DNA of 64,000 nt from Crocinitomicaceae bacterium. Lineage in GTDB: Bacteria > Bacteroidota > Bacteroidia > Flavobacteriales_D > Crocinitomicaceae. The stretch lies in contig JANQWC010000003.1 in the NCBI GenBank assembly GCA_030730025.1, positions 47,551 through 111,550 of the forward strand, in the 5' to 3' direction. Shown here piece after piece: positions 53,510 through 62,577 of the stretch. The position numbers and the translations under genes are program-made. Every line of letters begins with the position of its first letter. Position 1 is the first letter of the stretch. The notes beneath the pieces are model-generated. The model saw only the letters and a program-made list of their open reading frames with translations, was not told the origin of the DNA and made no database searches.

Positions 53510-54540
53510 TGAGCGAAAATTTAGAGATTGAAGTAGAGGAAGCAGACCTCTTTGAACATTACCGTTTCAGAGCAGACCCAGGTCAGGAAGTCGTTCGGAT
53601 TGACAAATTTTTGTTGGACCGCATGGCCGATACTTCCCGAAATAAAATTCAGGTAGCTGCCAAAAATGGCAATATCCATGTCAATGGTCAGCCGGTAAAG
53701 CAAAATTACCGTGTCAAACCAGGCGACGAAATCGCAATTGTACTACCTTATCCGGTCCGAGAAATTGAGCTCATTGCCCAAGATATTCCAATAGAAGTTG
53801 CTTACGAAGACGACGATTTATTAGTGGTCAATAAAGCTGCAAATATGGTGGTGCATCCGGGTTACGGTAATTATTCCGGCACGCTCGTCAATGCACTTGT
53901 TTTTCATTTCGATCATTTGCCCACGCGCCCCAAAGACTATTTTGGCAGGCCGGGCTTAGTTCACCGCATAGACAAACACACCACGGGTTTACTCGTGATT
54001 GCCAAAACTGAAAATGCGCTCAATGATTTAGCCAAGCAATTCTATGACCGCACCACAGAAAGACGCTACTACGCTCTGGCCTGGGGCGATATCAGTGAAG
54101 ACGGCACCATAGAAGGACACATCGGAAGGTCGCTCAAAAACCGCAAGGTCATGACCGTTTTTCCTGACGGGGCTTACGGCAAGCCAGCCGTTACACATTT
54201 CAAGGTACTGGAGCGCTTTGGCTACGTTACGCTCATTGAATGCAAACTAGAAACGGGCAGAACACACCAAATTCGTGCGCACATGCAATCGATTGGCCAT
54301 CCATTGTTTAACGATTTGGAATACGGCGGCGACCGCATCTTGAAAGGCACTAAATCATCGGCGTATGAAAAGTTTATGGTCAATAACTTTGCCCTGCTCC
54401 CCGGACAGGCCCTGCACGCCAAAACACTCGGTTTTATTCAGCCGCGCACCAAAGAGTATTTAGAGTTTGATTCTGAGCTACCTGAGGGTTTTCAGCGCTT
54501 ATTGGAACGCTGGAGAACCTATTGTTCGGATTTTAAATAA
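53509..54540 (+). CDS. rluD: RluA-family 23S rRNA pseudouridine synthase (RluD-like, with S4 domain)
   Basis: The S4 region is RIDKFLLDRMADTSRNKIQ...VNGQPVK. The catalytic motif is HRIDKHTTGLLVIAK. GRTHQIRAHM is also present. The start ATG at 53509 shares 1 nt with the preceding stop. Confidence 0.9.
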   Translation: MSENLEIEVEEADLFEHYRFRADPGQEVVRIDKFLLDRMADTSRNKIQVAAKNGNIHVNGQPVKQNYRVKPGDEIAIVLPYPVREIELIAQDIPIEVAYEDDDLLVVNKAANMVVHPGYGNYSGTLVNALVFHFDHLPTRPKDYFGRPGLVHRIDKHTTGLLVIAKTENALNDLAKQFYDRTTERRYYALAWGDISEDGTIEGHIGRSLKNRKVMTVFPDGAYGKPAVTHFKVLERFGYVTLIECKLETGRTHQIRAHMQSIGHPLFNDLEYGGDRILKGTKSSAYEKFMVNNFALLPGQALHAKTLGFIQPRTKEYLEFDSELPEGFQRLLERWRTYCSDFK

Positions 54541-54548
54541 AATTTCTC

Positions 54549-54556
54549 TATTTTTG
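54549..54556 (+). promoter_or_regulatory. candidate Bacteroidota -7 promoter box (TATTTTTG)
   Basis: Exact TAnnTTTG match, 37 nt upstream of the ATG at 54594. Confidence 0.35.
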
Positions 54557-54593
54557 CTTTCCTTGGTTCTTAACCAAGCTAAAACTACGCTTT

Positions 54594-56735
54594 ATGAAAC
54601 AATTATTCATTGCCGCTATTCTATCCTTGATGACCGCATCGGTGAGTCTTGCTCAAACCGCTCCCGATCCAAAGTTCGTGCGTCAGGCCAATGAAGTATT
54701 TATCTCGGGAAACTACTTTGAAGCCATTAACGTTTGTCAAGATGCCTACAAAAAGTTAGGTGCCCGCGGTTCTTTGCGTCAAAAAGGCGATATGGCCTTC
54801 AAGATCGCTGAATCTTACCGCGCACTCGAAATCTTCGACAAAGCAAACGATTGGTACGGCACTTGTATCGAACTCAAGTACTTTGATGTCGTTCCAGAAG
54901 TATATTACTACAAAGGCGACATGCAGCGCATGATGAAAGACTTTGACAACGCCATCAAAAGCTACCGTGAATACAAGCGCATTGCTCCTAAATCACGCAC
55001 CAAAGAAGTAGACGACGCCATCATGGCTTGTGAGAAATACAAAGATTTCGATGAATTCGAATCATCAAGACTAGTTGTTAAGCCAGAAGTCAAAATTAAC
55101 ACCAAACAAATGGACATGGCGCCTACCTTCATGGACAAAAAAGGCAAAGTCATCGTTTTCAGTTCTTCTCGCGATGAAAGCACAGGTGCGAAAAGAGATC
55201 CTATCTCTGGTGAAAAATACATGGACCTCTACATCGCTGAATACGATGTCAATGGAAATCCGACAAATGTCAAATCTCTCGACACCAAAGGTGTGGTTAA
55301 CACCACCCAAAACGAAGGATCAGCAACTTTCGATTCAAAGCGCAAAAATATCTACTTCACGCGTTGCCCCAATGCAGAGAAGATGGATCTAGGTTGTGAA
55401 ATCTGGACAGCAGTCATGAGCGGCGAAGATTTCGACGATCCGCGCAAAATCTCTTTAACCATCTCAGATACCATTTCTGTGGGTCATCCGTGTTTGTCTC
55501 CAGACGATCAAATGCTCATTTTTGCTTCAGACATGAAACAAAGCCCTAACGGTGAAAAATCTTTTGGTGGCCGCGATCTCTGGTATGTCAATTTTAACAA
55601 GCGCACCAAAATGTGGGATTCCGTTCCACACAACATGGGCGCAATGTTCAATACCGCTGGAAACGAACTTTTCCCATCTATTGGTCCGAACGGCCGATTA
55701 TATTTTGCTTCTGACGGCTTGCCAGGCATTGGCGGTCTAGATATGTTTGTAGCCGAGCAAGTTGCTGGCGAAAACAAATGGATAGGCGTTAAAAATATGG
55801 GTTATCCTTTCAACTCTCAAGGCAATGACTACGCGATGTCCGATTTCGACGGCAAGTCAGGCTTCTTTACCTCTGAGCGCAAAACCACTAGCAACCAAGA
55901 ATACGCGCCAGATATCTGGAGCTTCACCACACCTCCAAACCTTTTTGATTTGCGCGTGACTGTCTATGAGTCAGGTAAGAAGTCTAAAAAATTAGCTGGT
56001 GCTAAAGTATATGTTACCGTTTCTGATGGCACAAGCTGGGAAGGTGTAACTGACGCAAAAGGCAAAATCATCTGGAAAGAGCGTCCAGACAAAAAAGGAC
56101 GTTACATCTTAACTGGTAAAGAATACACCCTCAAAGCAGAGAAAGAAGGCTTCTACGAAGACAAAAAAGGCGCTAAAATTTCTACACTAGGAATGGACCA
56201 AAGCCAAAGTTTCTTGATCGAGATGCCATTGTTGCCTGTTGGCATCATCCGTACACCAGAAATTCGTTACGTATTTGACCAATGGGTATTTATCAACGAT
56301 GCAACTTGTATGTCTTTAGACTCTTTAAAGTTCTTAGACAGCATGCTCAAAGAATACCCGAACATCACCATCGACCTTTTCTCACACACAGATGCTCGTG
56401 GTGGCGACGCACGCAACCAAATGCTCTCTGAAAACCGCGCCAAAGCCGTTTACAAGCATTTAGTTGAAACTTGTGGTATTGACCCACGCCGCATTCGCCC
56501 AGTTGGCCGCGGAGAGGCAGAGCCTGCAACTTGGGTAGACGAATCTGGTAAAACAGTAGTACTCACTGAAGATTACATCAATCAGTTCAAAACCACTGAC
56601 AAAGCCAAGTTTGAAATGCTGCATACAATCAACCGCCGCACCACTGCCAAGATCACCAGCACTACTTTTGATCCGAATACGGCACCGCCGGCAGACCCAG
56701 AATCCCGCAAGTTTAAACAACTTCCAAGATTATAA
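54594..56735 (+). CDS. OmpA-family protein with TPR-like N-terminus, TolB-like (PD40) beta-propeller region, CarboxypepD_reg-like domain and OmpA C-terminal domain
   Basis: The signal peptide is ...SVSLA|Q. PD40-like units include FSSSRD, FASDMKQS..GGRDLWY and YFASDGLPGIGGLDMF. The OmpA end is DLFSHTDARGGDARNQMLSENRAKAV...VGRGE. Confidence 0.85.
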   Translation: MKQLFIAAILSLMTASVSLAQTAPDPKFVRQANEVFISGNYFEAINVCQDAYKKLGARGSLRQKGDMAFKIAESYRALEIFDKANDWYGTCIELKYFDVVPEVYYYKGDMQRMMKDFDNAIKSYREYKRIAPKSRTKEVDDAIMACEKYKDFDEFESSRLVVKPEVKINTKQMDMAPTFMDKKGKVIVFSSSRDESTGAKRDPISGEKYMDLYIAEYDVNGNPTNVKSLDTKGVVNTTQNEGSATFDSKRKNIYFTRCPNAEKMDLGCEIWTAVMSGEDFDDPRKISLTISDTISVGHPCLSPDDQMLIFASDMKQSPNGEKSFGGRDLWYVNFNKRTKMWDSVPHNMGAMFNTAGNELFPSIGPNGRLYFASDGLPGIGGLDMFVAEQVAGENKWIGVKNMGYPFNSQGNDYAMSDFDGKSGFFTSERKTTSNQEYAPDIWSFTTPPNLFDLRVTVYESGKKSKKLAGAKVYVTVSDGTSWEGVTDAKGKIIWKERPDKKGRYILTGKEYTLKAEKEGFYEDKKGAKISTLGMDQSQSFLIEMPLLPVGIIRTPEIRYVFDQWVFINDATCMSLDSLKFLDSMLKEYPNITIDLFSHTDARGGDARNQMLSENRAKAVYKHLVETCGIDPRRIRPVGRGEAEPATWVDESGKTVVLTEDYINQFKTTDKAKFEMLHTINRRTTAKITSTTFDPNTAPPADPESRKFKQLPRL

Positions 56736-56740
56736 AAAGA

Positions 56741-56768
56741 AAGGCGTCGGAAGGCGCCTTTTGTTTTG
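56741..56768 (+). terminator. probable rho-independent terminator
   Basis: The stem AAGGCG / CGCCTT has an 8-nt loop and is followed by TTTTGTTTT. Confidence 0.5.
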
Positions 56769-56772
56769 AGCC

Positions 56773-57012
56773 ATGAGACGCCTATTACAAAAAATCGTAT
56801 TCTTCTTTGAGCTGCAGTCCTTTGGTGTCTGCGAATGGTGGGCGCGCAGAATGGGCATCCGCACCAATAAAGTGCGTTTAGGCTTTATTTATCTTAGTTT
56901 CATAGGCTTGGGCTCTCCGGTCTTGCTTTACCTCATTATGGCCTGGATCCTCGAACACAAACACTATTTTAAGTTTCAAGCGAAGCGCAAACAATCTATC
57001 TGGGATTTATGA
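56773..57012 (+). CDS. PspC-domain membrane protein
   Basis: GVCEWWARRMGIRTNKVRLGFIYLSFIGLGSPVLLYLIMAWIL fits the PspC domain. Confidence 0.75.
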   Translation: MRRLLQKIVFFFELQSFGVCEWWARRMGIRTNKVRLGFIYLSFIGLGSPVLLYLIMAWILEHKHYFKFQAKRKQSIWDL

Positions 57013-57890
57013 AATTATTGATTACCGGAAGCAATGGCCTTTTGGGCCAAAAGCTTGTCGATTTATGTGTGGCCAAGCAAATAGATTTCCTTGCCACGTC
57101 AAGCGGTGCGAATCGCTATTCCGTTTGCCCGACAGATAAATATCAAACCCTAGACATCACCGACGAGCAAAACATACAAGCGGTACTCGAAAGTTACCAG
57201 CCTACCCATGTGATCCATACGGCAGCCATGACCAACGTAGACCAATGCGAGCTGCAGCCCGAGGCCTGTGATTTGGTCAACCGTCAGTCGGTCTTGATGT
57301 TGGCAAAGTTTTGCCAAAAACACGCTATTCATTTGCAGTTGCTTTCCACCGATTTTGTTTTCGATGGTCAAGATGGACCATATCGGGAAACTGACGCACC
57401 CAATCCGCTGAGTGTCTATGCCCGCTCTAAAGTGGAGGCCGAAAAAATACTGCAACAAACAGAAGGCTTGAGCTATTCAATTGTTCGCACGATCATCGTT
57501 TATGGCCAAGGCGAACAACTGTCCAGATCCAATATCATCCTTTGGGCCAAAGACGCTTTGCAAAAGGGCAGCCCACTACAAATTGTGAACGATCAATTCA
57601 GGGCCCCAACTTGGGCCGACGACCTCGCTTGGGCATGCGTGCGCATTTGTGAGCTCCGTCAGGTAGGTATTTTTCATATCGCTGGCCCAGAAGTATTGTC
57701 TATTTATGAAATTGTAGCGCGCGTAGCGGCGTTTTACAAGCTTCCGATGGAACGAGTCACCCAACTGAGCAGCGAAACCCTTCAACAGCCCGCTAAGCGC
57801 CCGCCTCGTACAGGCTTTATCCTCGACAAAGCCGAGGAGCTGTTGGGCTATCATCCGCATACCCTCGAGCAAACTTTTGCGCTTTTGTAA
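57009..57890 (+). CDS. RmlD-like NAD(P)-dependent reductase (dTDP-4-dehydrorhamnose reductase family / SDR)
   Basis: The Rossmann motif is LLITGSNGLLG. VIHTAAMTNVDQCE, STDFVFDG and YARSKVEAE (YxxxK) are present. No other rhamnose-pathway genes are nearby. Confidence 0.8.
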   Translation: MKLLITGSNGLLGQKLVDLCVAKQIDFLATSSGANRYSVCPTDKYQTLDITDEQNIQAVLESYQPTHVIHTAAMTNVDQCELQPEACDLVNRQSVLMLAKFCQKHAIHLQLLSTDFVFDGQDGPYRETDAPNPLSVYARSKVEAEKILQQTEGLSYSIVRTIIVYGQGEQLSRSNIILWAKDALQKGSPLQIVNDQFRAPTWADDLAWACVRICELRQVGIFHIAGPEVLSIYEIVARVAAFYKLPMERVTQLSSETLQQPAKRPPRTGFILDKAEELLGYHPHTLEQTFALL

Positions 57891-57929
57891 TTGATTATCT
57901 ATAATTTGATTATATTCGAAACCTAAGTT

Positions 57930-59432
57930 ATGACAAATCAAACATCAACAGGTTGGGGCTCTAGAATTGGTCTCATATTGGCAATGGCTGGCAATGCCGT
58001 TGGTCTTGGTAATTTTCTTCGTTTTCCCGCACAAGCTATCGAGAATGGAGGAGGAGCATTTATCATTCCATATTTAGTTTGTTTCTTATTAATGGGCTTA
58101 CCTCTTTTATTTGTTGAATGGGGTATGGGACGTTATGGAGGTCGTTATGGCCAACACTCTACGCCATTTATTTTTGATGTGTTGGGCAAAGCATCCTATT
58201 GGAAATATTTCGGAGTGTTTGGAATTTTCACCAATATCGCTGTAGCAGCATTCTATTGTTATCTAGAATCTTGGGCGCTATCTTGGGCTTATCATTCTGT
58301 AGCCGGTACCTTCAATGGCATGACACAAGCTAATTTACAAGCTTTTTTCACCAACTATATTGAGCTTGGAACTGCTCAGCCGGTTGTCTTTTGGGTCATT
58401 TGTTTAGTCCTTAATACAGTTATTTTGTCTCGCGGAATCAGTGGCGGGGTAGAAAAAGTGGCTAAAATAGGTATGCCATTATTATTACTTTTCGGTGTCA
58501 TTTTAGCGGTAACAGGCATTACGTTGGAGGCAGAACCAGGTGGAGCCATCAACGATGGTTTAGTAGGATTAAATTATTTATGGTCACCTGATTTCTCTTC
58601 TATTTGGAGCTTTAAAGTATGGGTGGCAGCCGCCGGTCAGATATTTTTTACGCTTTCATTGGGCATGGGTAGTATTCATTGCTATGCTTCATATCTTAAA
58701 GAAAAAGAGGATATTGCCCTTAATGCCATGACCGCAGGTTGGATGAACGAATTTGTTGAAGTTGTTTTAGGCTCTGCGATTATTATTCCTATATCGGTTG
58801 GTTTTTTGGGTATTGATGCCATTTCCAAAATGGTATCAGGTGGTTCTGGTCTGGGGATAGGTTTTGCAGTTTTACCTCAATTATTTAGTAGCTGGGGCTG
58901 GTTTGGAACCTTATCTGGCTTAATGTGGTTTGGCTTGTTGTTTTTTGCTGGAATCACCTCTTCAATGGCTATGGGCACGCCCTTAATTGGTTTTATGCGC
59001 GATAACTTTGCTTGGAAGGATAAACAAGGGGCGTATCTATTTGGCATCTTGATTTTTATTTTTGGAATTCCTACAGTCCTTTCTCAGGATGCCTTTAACG
59101 AGTATGATTATTGGGCAGGCACGGTATCTCTTGTCGTTTTTGCTATGGTTGAAATCGTACTTTTTGCTTGGGTATTAGGTATGGATAAAGCATGGGACGA
59201 AATTACACGAGGTGCCGACATTAAAGTTCCGCTTGTTTTTAAATATATTATCAAATATGTCTCCCCCGTATTTTTAATTATCGTTTTTGTAGGGGCTCTT
59301 CCCGATATAATCAAGAACGCAACTGCGGAAACTTCCTTATATGGTTGGCTTGGTAGAGCTATGCTTCTTGTTTTATTCGTAGGAATTGCTGTTCTCGTTT
59401 CAGTGGCAAAGCGCAAAAAATTAAAATCTTAG
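57930..59432 (+). CDS. neurotransmitter:sodium symporter (NSS/SNF) family transporter
   Basis: WGSRIGLILAMAGNAVGLGNFLRFPAQAIENGGGAFIIPY is the NSS TM1 signature. There are about 11-12 TM segments. Confidence 0.9.
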   Translation: MTNQTSTGWGSRIGLILAMAGNAVGLGNFLRFPAQAIENGGGAFIIPYLVCFLLMGLPLLFVEWGMGRYGGRYGQHSTPFIFDVLGKASYWKYFGVFGIFTNIAVAAFYCYLESWALSWAYHSVAGTFNGMTQANLQAFFTNYIELGTAQPVVFWVICLVLNTVILSRGISGGVEKVAKIGMPLLLLFGVILAVTGITLEAEPGGAINDGLVGLNYLWSPDFSSIWSFKVWVAAAGQIFFTLSLGMGSIHCYASYLKEKEDIALNAMTAGWMNEFVEVVLGSAIIIPISVGFLGIDAISKMVSGGSGLGIGFAVLPQLFSSWGWFGTLSGLMWFGLLFFAGITSSMAMGTPLIGFMRDNFAWKDKQGAYLFGILIFIFGIPTVLSQDAFNEYDYWAGTVSLVVFAMVEIVLFAWVLGMDKAWDEITRGADIKVPLVFKYIIKYVSPVFLIIVFVGALPDIIKNATAETSLYGWLGRAMLLVLFVGIAVLVSVAKRKKLKS

Positions 59433-59434
59433 TT

Positions 59435-59572
59435 ATGAGTACAGGTGCCCTAATTTTAATGATTTCAGTTTGGTCTAGTGTAATTTTCATTACTGGATAC
59501 TTTTTTTACCGCATTCTTACGATGCCAAAACATTCGGAACCAGATTCCTTCACAGATAATGATGATAAATAG
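59435..59572 (+). CDS. 45-aa single-TM protein, candidate MetS-like NSS transporter small subunit (not in the supplied ORF track)
   Basis: The ATG lies 2 nt after the NSS stop. The translation is MSTGALILMISVWSSVIFITGYFFYRILTMPKHSEPDSFTDNDDK, with a TAG stop at 59570-59572. The position, size and hydrophobic N-terminus with charged tail fit the small subunits encoded downstream of bacterial NSS genes. Confidence 0.55.
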   Translation: MSTGALILMISVWSSVIFITGYFFYRILTMPKHSEPDSFTDNDDK

Positions 59573-59650
59573 TCCGCATTAATACTGAATCGCTTATTTT
59601 TTTCTGGTTTTGTTAAGGAATAATTCATGTAGTTCTCCGTTGAGGCTTAC

Positions 59651-60532
59651 ATGAAAAAACCATTTGTCATTTTCTCTAAACGTTTGGAGCGCGGCACCAT
59701 CCTGTGGCTGTGTGTTTGTGTGGTGGTTATTTTTGCGCCCCGAATGGAAGCGTATTTTGTGGATCCCAATTTGAGTTACACCTGGCGGCACAAAATGGAT
59801 CAAAAAGTGCAGCGCGCGTTTCAAAATCCCTCTTCAGCTACTCTTGGCCGTATCTATAAAAAACTTTGGAAGCGCTGCAACCCAGAGGCCCTCACTGCGG
59901 CCGATTGGCAAAGGCTCGGCCTGAGTCCGAAGCAAGCTGCTTCCTTGCTGCGCTACAAAGATAAATATGGGCTGCATTCGCTCTCTCAAATGCAGCAAAT
60001 TCGCGTTTTGCCATCAGAACTACTCAATCAAATCTCGGATTCCTTGTATTTTGAACCCACTCAAAATGCGAAAACAAGAGTTGTAGATCAGGAAGAAAAA
60101 GCCTTGCAAGAAAAACGACAAGAGGCTAGGGGGCAATTCGATAAGTTGGATATCAATTCAGCAACTGAAGTGATGCTAGTGGCCTTGCCGGGCATTGGTG
60201 CATATACCGCGGCAAAGATCATTGCTTATCGCGAGCGTTTAGGTGGGTTTTTAGCGCTTGATCAACTGCAAGAAATTCAAGGGATCAAGCCAGAAATTCT
60301 GCAAAAAGTGCTGCCTTATTTGGTGCTAGAACAAGGTGTCAAACGCATGTCGATCAATGAAGTGAGCTACGAAACACTCAAGCAACATCCTTATCTGACA
60401 TGGAATCAGGCCAATTCCATCATTAAAATGCGCAAGCAAAAGGGTCTATTTAAAGAAATCAAGGAGCTCAAAGAATCCGTATTAATTGACGACGATACAT
60501 ACAAAAAACTCTTGCCTTATGTATCTTTGTGA
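59651..60532 (+). CDS. ComEA-like helix-hairpin-helix DNA-binding protein (membrane anchored)
   Basis: It has an N-terminal TM segment. HhH units are DINSATEVMLVALPGIGAYTAAKIIAYRERLGGF and INEVSYETLKQHPYLTWNQANSIIKMR. Confidence 0.75.
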   Translation: MKKPFVIFSKRLERGTILWLCVCVVVIFAPRMEAYFVDPNLSYTWRHKMDQKVQRAFQNPSSATLGRIYKKLWKRCNPEALTAADWQRLGLSPKQAASLLRYKDKYGLHSLSQMQQIRVLPSELLNQISDSLYFEPTQNAKTRVVDQEEKALQEKRQEARGQFDKLDINSATEVMLVALPGIGAYTAAKIIAYRERLGGFLALDQLQEIQGIKPEILQKVLPYLVLEQGVKRMSINEVSYETLKQHPYLTWNQANSIIKMRKQKGLFKEIKELKESVLIDDDTYKKLLPYVSL

Positions 60533-60533
60533 C

Positions 60534-61064
60534 ATGACAATCCACGAACAACTCAAAGCGGTCATTCGCGATGTACCCGATTTTCCAAAACCAGGCATCC
60601 TCTTCAAGGATATTTCAACCATCATGCTCAGTCCGGAAGTTTCAAATGCGGTCCTTGATCATTTGGTAGCTCAATATAAAGATGCTGGGCTCGATGCCAT
60701 TGCAGGTATTGAAAGCCGTGGATTTCTTTTTGGCTATCCGTTGGCCATGCGTTTAGGCTTACCTTTTGTACTGATTCGCAAAGAAGGCAAACTGCCATAT
60801 GACAAAATCAAACATGCCTACGACTTAGAATACGGCTCGGCAGTCATTGAAATGCATACCGATGCCATTAAGCCAGGTCAGCGCGCCCTCATCCACGACG
60901 ATCTGCTCGCTACCGGCGGCTCTGCTGCAGCTGCGGCTACGCTCATTGAAAAAAGCGGTGGGGTAGTGGCAGGCTTTGACTTCTTAGTTGCACTTGATTT
61001 TTTAAATGGCGCTGAGCACCTCTCTAAATTCAGCGAGCAAATCAACGCTATTGTCCATTATTAA
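60534..61064 (+). CDS. apt: adenine phosphoribosyltransferase
   Basis: IRDVPDFPKPGILFKDIS, GIESRGFLFG and the PRPP loop LIHDDLLATGGSA are present. I use the ATG at 60534. Confidence 0.95.
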   Translation: MTIHEQLKAVIRDVPDFPKPGILFKDISTIMLSPEVSNAVLDHLVAQYKDAGLDAIAGIESRGFLFGYPLAMRLGLPFVLIRKEGKLPYDKIKHAYDLEYGSAVIEMHTDAIKPGQRALIHDDLLATGGSAAAAATLIEKSGGVVAGFDFLVALDFLNGAEHLSKFSEQINAIVHY

Positions 61065-61130
61065 TTTGAGCACATGACTTAACTCCGGTGCTTCACATTT
61101 CATCAACAATCATCATCATCAATCAACAAC

Positions 61131-62270
61131 ATGAGTAATTATTTTACAGAACAACAGCAACTCCTTGCCCAAATGGTGCGGGACTTTGCAGAGCGAGAAA
61201 TTCGCCCCCACATGAAACACTGGGACGACCACGAAATTTTCCCTATCGAGGTCATGAAAAAAATGGGTGAGCTCGGCTTGCTCGGTATTTTTATCCCCGA
61301 ACAATACGGCGGATCGGGTTTTGGCTACAATGAATACGCTACGGTCCTGATGGAACTCGGCAAAGTTTGTGGTGGGGTAGGGCTCAGCGTTGCAGCACAC
61401 AACTCGCTGTGTACAGGCCACATCTACTACCACGGTTCAGAGGCTCAAAAACAAAAATATTTACCCAAATTAGCGAGTGGTGAATGGATCGGCGCTTGGG
61501 GGCTTACAGAAGCCAACACTGGCTCTGATGCCATGCGCATGAAAGCCACTGCTGTGTTAGATGGCGATCACTGGGTCTTGAACGGCTCCAAAAACTGGAT
61601 CACACACGGGCTTTCAGGCGATGTAGCGGTTGTACTGATCCGCACCGGCGAACTACTCGACAGCAAAGGCATTACCGCATTTATCGTCGAGAAAGGCACA
61701 CCGGGCTTTTCAGCCGTTAAAATCAAAGACAAATTAGGCGTGCGCGCAAGTGAAACCGCCGAGCTCATTTTTGACAACGTACGCATTCCCAAAGAAAACG
61801 TGCTAGGCGAGGTGGGTCAAGGTTTTGTACAAGCCATGCAAATTCTAGATGGTGGCCGTATCTCGATTGCCTCCTTGAGCTGCGGCATTGCCAGAGGTGC
61901 ATTTGAAGCCTCTGTTAAGTACGCCAAAGAACGCGAGCAATTTGGTCAGCCCATTGCGCATTTTCAAGCAATTGCCTTCAAATTAGCCGATATGGCGACG
62001 CAAATAGAAGCAGCCGAACTCCTCACTTTTCAGGCAGCTGCTAAGAAAGACGCCAAGTTACCTGTTACCAAAGAGGGCGCTTTTGCCAAATACTTTGCCT
62101 CAGAGGTATCGGTCAAGTGCGGCAATGAAGCGGTACAAATTATGGGGGGTTATGGTTACACCAAAGAATACCCGGCAGAGAAATTTCTACGCGATTCCAA
62201 ACTCATGACCATAGGGGAGGGCACTTCCGAAATCCAGAAGTTGGTTATTTCTAGAGAAATATTGAAATAA
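61131..62270 (+). CDS. acyl-CoA dehydrogenase
   Basis: [36 protein letters not shown] and the C-terminal [18 protein letters not shown] are ACAD motifs. Confidence 0.9.
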   Translation: MSNYFTEQQQLLAQMVRDFAEREIRPHMKHWDDHEIFPIEVMKKMGELGLLGIFIPEQYGGSGFGYNEYATVLMELGKVCGGVGLSVAAHNSLCTGHIYYHGSEAQKQKYLPKLASGEWIGAWGLTEANTGSDAMRMKATAVLDGDHWVLNGSKNWITHGLSGDVAVVLIRTGELLDSKGITAFIVEKGTPGFSAVKIKDKLGVRASETAELIFDNVRIPKENVLGEVGQGFVQAMQILDGGRISIASLSCGIARGAFEASVKYAKEREQFGQPIAHFQAIAFKLADMATQIEAAELLTFQAAAKKDAKLPVTKEGAFAKYFASEVSVKCGNEAVQIMGGYGYTKEYPAEKFLRDSKLMTIGEGTSEIQKLVISREILK

Positions 62271-62295
62271 TTTTTGTAGAATTGAATTTCTCTCG

Positions 62296-62303
62296 TATCT
62301 TTG
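62296..62303 (+). promoter_or_regulatory. candidate Bacteroidota -7 promoter box (TATCTTTG) for rpsU
   Basis: Exact TAnnTTTG match, 34 nt upstream of the ATG at 62338. Confidence 0.4.
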
Positions 62304-62337
62304 CAACCCTAAGTTTAAAACAAAGAAATTAAAGCAT

Positions 62338-62529
62338 ATGTTGATCATTCCAATTAAAGAAGGCGAGAACATCGAACGCGCATTGAAGAAGTACAAGAAA
62401 AAGTACGAGAAAACCAATGTAATGAAACAATTGCGTGCCCGTAGAGAGTTCGTAAAGCCATCTATCTCGAATCGTCAGGAAGTGATCCGCGCTGCTTACA
62501 AACAAAGAATGCAAAGTCAGCAATTGTAA
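62338..62529 (+). CDS. rpsU: 30S ribosomal protein S21
   Basis: The protein is 63 aa and basic. IERALKKYKKKYEKTNVMKQLRARREFVKPS is present. Confidence 0.95.
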   Translation: MLIIPIKEGENIERALKKYKKKYEKTNVMKQLRARREFVKPSISNRQEVIRAAYKQRMQSQQL

Positions 62530-62553
62530 CCATTTGCTACAAAATACGTATGG

Positions 62554-62577
62554 AAAGGAGCTTCGGCTCCTTTTTTT
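62554..62577 (+). terminator. rho-independent terminator after rpsU
   Basis: The stem AAAGGAGC / GCTCCTTT has a TTCG loop and a T7 run. The T-run ends at the ATG of the next gene. Confidence 0.75.

Noticed and set aside
57891-57915. The direct repeat TTGATTAT...TTTGATTAT upstream of the NSS transporter gene.
   Set aside because: It is a short AT-rich repeat in an AT-rich spacer, and chance occurrence is likely. There is no second line of evidence for a binding site.
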